Source: Epithemia pelagica
Taxonomy: Eukaryota > Protista > Bacillariophyta
Direction: 5' to 3'
Assembly (NCBI GenBank): GCA_946965045.2
Contig: OX337235.1
Span: 3,472,001 to 3,536,000, forward strand
DNA length: 64,000 bases
Every line of letters starts with the position of its first letter. Position 1 is the first letter of the stretch. Below the pieces are notes generated by a model, which did not search any database, was not told the origin of the DNA, and saw only the letters and a list, made by a program, of their open reading frames with translations. The position numbers and the translations under genes are program-made. Of the stretch, positions 57,658 to 64,000 are shown piece after piece.

Positions 57658-58434
57658 AATTCTCACCGTCTATGGTGGTTAGATTCTACATCTCATCGAT
57701 TCCCCATGTCACATAGCCTCGTGCTATCGCATCATGCCCTCTAGCTTCGAGCTATGTTTCCTAGCTTCGCGCTATATCGACCTATATTTCTTCGCAAATC
57801 ATGAAAAGTGAGAATAGATTGACGAACTCACTCTCAAGACTAAACTGGGTCGTGCGGTATTACAACGGACATAAATTTGGCCGTTGCTCGGACATTATAC
57901 TAACGCCCTAAGCGTACGCGCCCGAAATCATCGAGCGCGCCCAAGCGACATCCGAGCGCTATCGGCATCTATCCGATCCAACGGTCTAAGTATCCCAAGC
58001 ACGACACACGATCACGCGAGACCATATTTCCATTCCCACAATCTCCAAATTGTCAACAAGCTGCGCGCCATGAAAACAACTATGCCAACCCAAAGCAAGA
58101 GCTGTTGACCCTGTATATGTTATCCGCCCACATATACATGTCATATACATCACATGAATCAACTCCAACTATTCCAAACCTGTTGCCGCCAAGAACCTAT
58201 GACACATGACCCTTGGCAGGACCGAACATTTCACGTAGACCTATCGTAGTAATCAACACACAATCTAACAATATCACCATTTATCACATCCTCTTTTGTG
58301 TCCCGACTATCCTTCTGATAGACTTCGACTTGCTTGCTTCTCTGACCCTGAGAAGCTTGTATCGGTTGGTGACCTACCTGATTGTCTGCTCTACCGAGCA
58401 TCAATGTCCCTACGATTCAGAAAGAATTGTAACA
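57652..58434 (+). repeat. 3' LTR
   Basis: 783-bp direct repeat of 50051-50833; the gag-pol stop lies 4-6 nt inside it. Confidence 0.96.
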
Positions 58435-59766
58435 GAAGGACAAGAAGATGTGGATGAGGATCAGCATATTGTGCTCACAACATCAACGCAGCTGCGTTTT
58501 GGTTCCCCCTGGTCTTAGCGTTTCGCAACAACACATCAGCCTGTGACGGTAACTTTAAGTCGTCCAACTTTATAATAGACTCTAGCCTTTTTGTTGAAAA
58601 GGACGCTATGTCGAAAGTAGACTATCATTTCTCAAGAGGATTTCAATAACATTAAGCGAATGTGAGAGTGGCTTTCGAAAATTGCTTTTGTCGTTGAAAC
58701 AGTAAGCACTTAGTCGTCCATTGCCATTTCTTCGTGCTTTACTTGTTCCTTGCGTAAATCCACCAGTCAACTTTGTAACGATTGGACACGGGTACCATTG
58801 CTGACATTGAGATCATGTGCTTCATCCATCACTTGTTCATTAATCGATTGCGGTTCCATTTCCATGAGGACACAGTCATCTTCTTGCACCTTGGTTGTCT
58901 GCAGGACATCAGACGTCCGAATCAAATCCACAATCCACTGTTCTGCGTCCGCTGAATCCATGGCCACAAACTTGAAACCCAGTGCCTTGAGATCAATCTT
59001 GTGGTGAATATAATAGTGATTCTCAAACAAAAACACGCGTGCCTCCTCCATAAAAAGCTGTGTTTGAAGACAAAGGAAAATATCGGTATTGACGACATCT
59101 TGACATTCAGCCAAATTGTTCTGGGCAATGAAGGGGGGATCCAGCAACACTTCCGGAGCTTTCGAACGACGCCATAACGTTGTTTCAAGGATCAATCGGG
59201 TCCTTTGTGTGTTGGTTTCGTAAGCAGGGTGGTGGTACTTGGTGTGTTACTGGGGACTCTTGTAGGGCTTTCCGCCGCAACTGCCGTCGTCGTAGATTCT
59301 TGAGAGGGAAGAGGAATGGTGTGGACGTCTTGGAAGGAGGTGCAAAGGTGCTTGGGTAACGATATGACGACAACCAGATTTGCTCCGTAGTGTGTGTGTG
59401 GTGGTTGTTTGGTGTTTGTGTCAGGACTGGGAAATCGCCAATTTTTGAAGGTCGCGCCTTGGGGGTGAGATAGAGAATGCTCACCAGATCTGGTTCACTA
59501 ATCCTCATGACTCACCCCCGCTAGGGGGTAGACTTTAAGGTTCAAGTCAATTAGCTGTGGATTAATGACTTGACTTTATCGTTAAAGTCAACTACCTGTG
59601 GACGAATGACTTGACTTTAAGTGATAAAGTCAACGTTAAGTTAGGATTAAAGTCATGAAGTCAGACATGTCTAAAGTTTGACTTCCACACCCTGGTTGCG
59701 TGCTCCCTCAACCGTCCTCGGCTTGTCGTAGAAAGGCTAGTAGTGTAGCTTTGCGTTGGGCGAAAT

Positions 59767-60147
59767 AGTATTAATACTTCCCGGTGTCGAGTCCTTTCAA
59801 GGAGAGACCGCCCGGCGCGGAGGGTAGAATGACGAGGAGGGCAATGGTCGAGGAGGGCGCACGCCCGACAAGACAATTGCCCGTCGAGTCATTCTCCCGA
59901 CAAGCCGGGCGCGCCCGACGCGAGAGGACGGCCAGACACAGGGAAGTAGTAAACTTACTCCCTATCAAGCTGTGTAGGTAGTGAGAAATTCCTAGAAGCC
60001 ATGTCACAAAGTGTCACACAAGTGTCTCACAAGTGTCACACACGAAAGGGAAACCGTGCGACTCGCACGAAACTACTTCCCGGTCGTACAAAAAATTCTT
60101 ACTGTAGTATAAAAATGTGAGACGAACTACCTACACAGTCTGGTATG
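59767..60147 (-). repeat. 375-bp repeat copy D (inverted; 5' end about 8 bp shorter, one extra 11-bp internal unit)
   Basis: Reverse complement of copies A-C, from AGTATTAATACT to CAGTCTGGTATG. Confidence 0.9.
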
Positions 60148-61342
60148 CTAAGAGCCCAAGCTTGCTACCGCACTAGCGGAAAGCCCGGGCGGGTAGGGCG
60201 GGTTAACCCTCCGATTGCGGGGGTACCTCCCGTCTGCTGTCCATACGGTTATTCTCAAATTTTCCTAAAAAATGTCATAAAATTATTTCTGTCAAATTTC
60301 TTTCGATTTAGCACATTATTATAACGTCCAAGCCAACTGTAATAACTGGCTTCGCCCTATTGTGTAGCCGCTTGCGCTCATGCATGACCGTGAGCCGTGA
60401 GACTTGACGAGACATGGACAAAGAAATCTACAAGTACTCAATAGTCTACTGTTTCAGAAGCGAGTACTCTTTACGCAGTAGTGGATCTAGCTTCACGGAA
60501 TCATCACACACACAAACACCAAACCATGAAATACACACACATGGTGCAATGCACCTCTAGAGGAGTATCAAAACAAGCTCCTGGCACTTTGTCTATGGGA
60601 AAGATAAAAGCATAGTCCACAACAAGTTTAGGCTTCCTGCTTCCTGGGCTTACATACCCCATGATGACGCTGTCAACCAGTGCACTGGTTGATTGTTCAT
60701 TGCACTGGTTGATTGTCATGTTTCATGTTGTCATCCTTCCTTTGATGCATTCCACCTTCACTTGTGATCTAGGTGGATGGTTTTGACCATAAAGTTGTCA
60801 CTTTGGTCGTTCGTCCGGCTGGGTGGTTTTCTTTTGGTTTTTGGTGTTCTCAGTGCTCATGGTCGTCTTTTGTGGTGTTGCTCGAAAAGTGAGACGATTC
60901 TTGGCCCATGTGCCAGCAATACAAGGCGTGACCGGCGCGTCGATTTCGAACGATCGAAGGGAGGCTGGCGATATCACCCGGCTGGCGCTTTAGGAAAAAT
61001 ACGAGACAATTTTTTCCATTCGGATGACGGACGAACAAAGGTACCCCCCCAATCGCACCCCTATTCCGAACGGTCTCTCGTGACGGCAAGAAAAAGAATG
61101 CGAGACTTGGCTCTGTGTGATGGGCGTGACACCCGGGTTGCATGACGGCGGCGGGCACGCGCGTCGTCCGTCAATCGTACGCACGCAACAACAAGCGTAC
61201 GTGTTGCGGTCCCCATCCGCTGTGACCGGTGGTCGCTTTTGGATCAAAACTCAGTCGTGGAAATCACGAAATGCACTTCCACGTTTCCTTCTCCCTCATC
61301 TATTACCTGATTTATTATGTTCACCGAAAAGACGGTATAAGA

Positions 61343-62548
61343 ATGACATCCCTGCAAGAACAAGCATGGCAATCAGGCCTTGTCCTTTTGGACGAGACAG
61401 CACAATGGAATCGAAATGACTGGCCGCCTCTCGAGGGAGGATGGCGTTACGATCATGCTACGGTCGTACTGAATCATGCTGATCAGGACAACACCAGGGG
61501 ACAAACCGTCGTTGTGTTGGGTGGATATCAACAAAACCAAGGGACTACCAATTCCGTTCTGGTTCTAAATTTAGCAGAACCAAACAAGCAGTGGCGAGAA
61601 GGGCCACTCTTGAACAAGAAACGATATGCGCATGCCGCTGTTGTCTGCAATGGAGGCATTTACGTTATAGCAGGAGCAGACACTCCAGGTTCTTCAAGTT
61701 TGGATTGTTTGGAACGAATTGATTCCAATGATTTGCTGCAATCATCTTCAACAACAAGCACTTCAAAAAAGAGTCATTGGGCAACATTGACTATTCGGTT
61801 ATCAACGAAACGATGGGGATGCTGTGCTGTTGCGGTTCACAATCGATACATTGTTGCAATGGGTGGATGGAACAGGTTGGAAACCTTATCGTCGGTAGAT
61901 ATTATTGATACCAGCAACCATACTGTCACTGCAGGGCCATCCATGACTGTTCCTCGATCATGGTGTGGCAGTGCGGTCATTGGTCACCGTATCTTTGTCG
62001 TTGGTGGCGGCACAGAACGCTCGGTGGAATATTTGGACTTTGTAATTGACAATGAGGAGACAAAAGAGAACACGACTACTAGGGTCCTTTCATTCTCGTC
62101 CACTTGGACCACTCATTCGAAATTGGTGCTTTCGGAATGTCGATACTTTTACACCGCGGTTCCCGTGGGATCCTGTCTCGTTGTGGCGGGAGGACGAGAC
62201 AATCCAACCGTGGAACTCTTGGATACGCACCGCAACTGCGTGTGGAATCTCCCCTCCATTGGAAGGAATCAGGATGGCTTTAGTATGGTGACGGTTGCCA
62301 ACCAAATTGCTACAATTGGTGGGCTTGGAGATCCTACCTGTGCGACGTTGCCACTCATGGACAAGTATACATGGTGTTTTTGCCGACTCTGTGAGCAGCA
62401 GCAGCCCCATGGATGGCGGCAACATGTTCGGGAAGGAATGGGGATCCGACATGTCAATGGAACATCCTGCAGTACCTCGACATGCAATAGGAAACGCGTG
62501 AGGACCAATTCCACGCGACGGGGTGAAAACGAAACGAATGAAACTTAA
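61343..62548 (+). CDS. Kelch-repeat protein, copy 4
   Basis: Kelch motifs; closest to copy 2. Start taken at MTSLQEQ. The 3' flank (62550-62760) is also an inverted match to about 42230-42450. Confidence 0.9.
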   Translation: MTSLQEQAWQSGLVLLDETAQWNRNDWPPLEGGWRYDHATVVLNHADQDNTRGQTVVVLGGYQQNQGTTNSVLVLNLAEPNKQWREGPLLNKKRYAHAAVVCNGGIYVIAGADTPGSSSLDCLERIDSNDLLQSSSTTSTSKKSHWATLTIRLSTKRWGCCAVAVHNRYIVAMGGWNRLETLSSVDIIDTSNHTVTAGPSMTVPRSWCGSAVIGHRIFVVGGGTERSVEYLDFVIDNEETKENTTTRVLSFSSTWTTHSKLVLSECRYFYTAVPVGSCLVVAGGRDNPTVELLDTHRNCVWNLPSIGRNQDGFSMVTVANQIATIGGLGDPTCATLPLMDKYTWCFCRLCEQQQPHGWRQHVREGMGIRHVNGTSCSTSTCNRKRVRTNSTRRGENETNET

Positions 62549-62997
62549 AAGAAATGATCAGCAACCTGTTGCAGGTATGTCCTACAATGGCAAAACTCGA
62601 ATCATTCTGTTCTCGGTTCATGGAATGATTTTCTACATGGTAGTGTGGCCTATTGAGATAACATGTGAAAATCCTTGTAGTACAAAATGAAAAAGCAATA
62701 TGTGGTGTCACCGAGAGTTTGTCATGTCCATACAATTGCAGCAGTGCAATGGCGATTGTTGTGATTGCCATGGATGTCAGATCGCATTGTTGTTGTTGTG
62801 GTTGGTCTTGTGTTGTTGTGCCCCGCCGTGGTTGGCTCCTCTTGGTGGAGTAGGAGTACTAAACCAGTATTCTAGCACGACCAGAAACTCCTTGGAGTCG
62901 ACGAGTATACTCCTAGAAATGTTGATGCTTGCTTGAGGTGAACTCCCTGCACCTCTCTTTCCTGTCCCGAACGAACGTTCCGCCTGTGTCCTTCTTT

Positions 62998-63051
62998 GGT
63001 TCCGATCGATGGCACGCCCGTATGGGTTCCGATCGATGGCACGCCCGTATG
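62998..63051 (+). repeat. 27-bp perfect tandem duplication upstream of the PB1 gene
   Basis: GGTTCCGATCGATGGCACGCCCGTATG x2. Confidence 0.9.
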
Positions 63052-63174
63052 CACGCCTCTCCGAGTGTGTGACTGCGACACCAACACCATAAAAAACAAC
63101 GACGGACCTTTTCATCTTATACCGACCATCACACTACAATACGATATTCCTCTCCTTTTCGCCGCAAACCACCC

Positions 63175-64000
63175 ATGGACCCGTTTGTCGAACTCTCGTC
63201 GTCGGGTGGACCGAACGACGAGAACTACAACCACAGCAACAATGACGACGACAAGGACAAGAACCAACACCTTCCTGCTGCCACGACCACTACCACGACG
63301 ACTGCGGCACCGGCTCCTCCTCACACCAACACCAACAACCACAAGCATACCCAATTATCGACACTCTATGTTCCCACCGTCAAGGTCATTCTTCCCCTGT
63401 TCCTGATGGAGGACGCGGAAACTGCCACCACAGGGATGATGTCCCACACGCATGCGTGGTGTTCGTCGACTCCTCCTCCTCATCACCAACACTCTGGAGC
63501 AGGACACGAACCATCACGACGGCCCCATGTCACCCGTCCACTCCAACGCCAACCAGCCACAGCTAGTACCAACAGGACAATCGTCCGCCACATCCTTTCT
63601 GTGGCCTACCATCTTTCTCAATTTCGGGATTCCTATCATGCCAGTCCACGACTGGTGGATTTGCAACAAGTGATTGTCGGTACCATGGTCGATTGGTTCC
63701 AGCACGCAGGAGGTCCATTCGTTACCTCCACACCAACATTGATGACACCCTGGACGACATGTGCTGCGAGTGGTAGTACAAGGCTCACGGTTTGGTACAT
63801 CGATGCTGAAGGTGATTGTGTCCTCCTGACCAGCGATTTCGACTTGCAACGAGTCTTGCGGGTGGGTGCTACCAGCACGAATAGCAGCAACAGCAGTCCT
63901 TGTTCCAAGAACAGTGTCACCTTGCATGTGGCACTGTGGACGACAACGATACCGCCGCCATCAGCCCACGACGACCATTTCCCATACCCTCGTCGTGCAG
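63175..64000 (+). CDS. PB1-domain protein, partial (runs off the window end)
   Basis: I translated an open frame from ATG 63175 (MDPFVELS...) to the end of the window; it is absent from the ORF track because it has no stop. It contains the OPCA-type motif LTVWYIDAEGDCVLLTSDFDLQRVL. Confidence 0.72.
   Translation, partial: MDPFVELSSSGGPNDENYNHSNNDDDKDKNQHLPAATTTTTTTAAPAPPHTNTNNHKHTQLSTLYVPTVKVILPLFLMEDAETATTGMMSHTHAWCSSTPPPHHQHSGAGHEPSRRPHVTRPLQRQPATASTNRTIVRHILSVAYHLSQFRDSYHASPRLVDLQQVIVGTMVDWFQHAGGPFVTSTPTLMTPWTTCAASGSTRLTVWYIDAEGDCVLLTSDFDLQRVLRVGATSTNSSNSSPCSKNSVTLHVALWTTTIPPPSAHDDHFPYPRRA

Larger units (their letters stand above)
50051..58434 (+). mobile_element. Full-length Ty1/copia (CoDi-type) LTR retrotransposon
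   Basis: TG...CA LTRs of 783 bp, 5-bp TSD GAAGG (50046-50050, 58435-58439), intact gag-pol, short purine tract GTGGGGAG before the 3' LTR. Confidence 0.97.
49334..59530. mobile_element. AcademH-like TIR element (~1.8 kb without the copia insert)
   Basis: Ends are TACCCCC(C/T)AGCGGGGGTGAGT. Perfect inner inverted block 49399-49419/59449-59469. 9-bp TSD GACTTTAAG (49325-49333, 59531-59539). MSSSSHKR ORF start near the left end. Confidence 0.82.
48926..59694. mobile_element. hAT-type MITE (~563 bp: 48926-49333 + 59540-59694) split by nested insertions
   Basis: Perfect 17-bp TIR CAGGGTGTGGAAGTCAA / TTGACTTCCACACCCTG; 8-bp TSD GTTGCGTG (48918-48925, 59695-59702); many TGACTTGACTT/AAGTCA subterminal repeats. 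Confidence 0.9.

Noticed and set aside
60504-60719. 71-aa minus-strand ORF (KPKLVVDYAFIFP) that looks protein-like
   Set aside because: Could be an isolated exon but could not be linked to a gene or family.

Overview
Eukaryotic, transposon-rich window, most likely from a pennate diatom. This is inferred from CoDi-type Ty1/copia elements, short GT-AG introns, a bipartite plastid-targeting presequence and low-complexity host proteins. Mobile elements: (1) a Ngaro-like tyrosine-recombinase retrotransposon with split direct repeats (1279-~8910, minus), fused in frame to a truncated copia; (2) three members of a TIR DNA-transposon family with TACCCCC...GGGGG(A)TA ends and 9-10 bp target-site duplications (20047-21900, 39730-39834, 49334-59530), one carrying a RecQ-like helicase fragment. 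These hallmarks match the AcademH lineage, which I know only from fungi and animals; this is the strongest candidate for an undescribed system here; (3) two hAT-type MITEs with 8-bp TSDs; (4) an intact 8.4-kb copia with apparently identical 783-bp LTRs, an extra 5' ORF and a PBS resembling the tRNA-Asn anticodon arm, nested as copia > AcademH-like > hAT MITE with all TSDs intact; (5) an unclassified ~375-bp repeat, two of whose four copies form a head-to-tail dimer, ending in a 12-bp palindrome. Host genes: four large disordered proteins, a secreted heme peroxidase with a KKE/poly-E block plus a truncated paralogue, a plastid-targeted hypothetical protein, four Kelch genes plus fragments, a NUDT7/8-like Nudix hydrolase and a partial PB1-domain gene. 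I recognised no rRNA, tRNA or CRISPR arrays. All calls are from manual reading; no searches were run.
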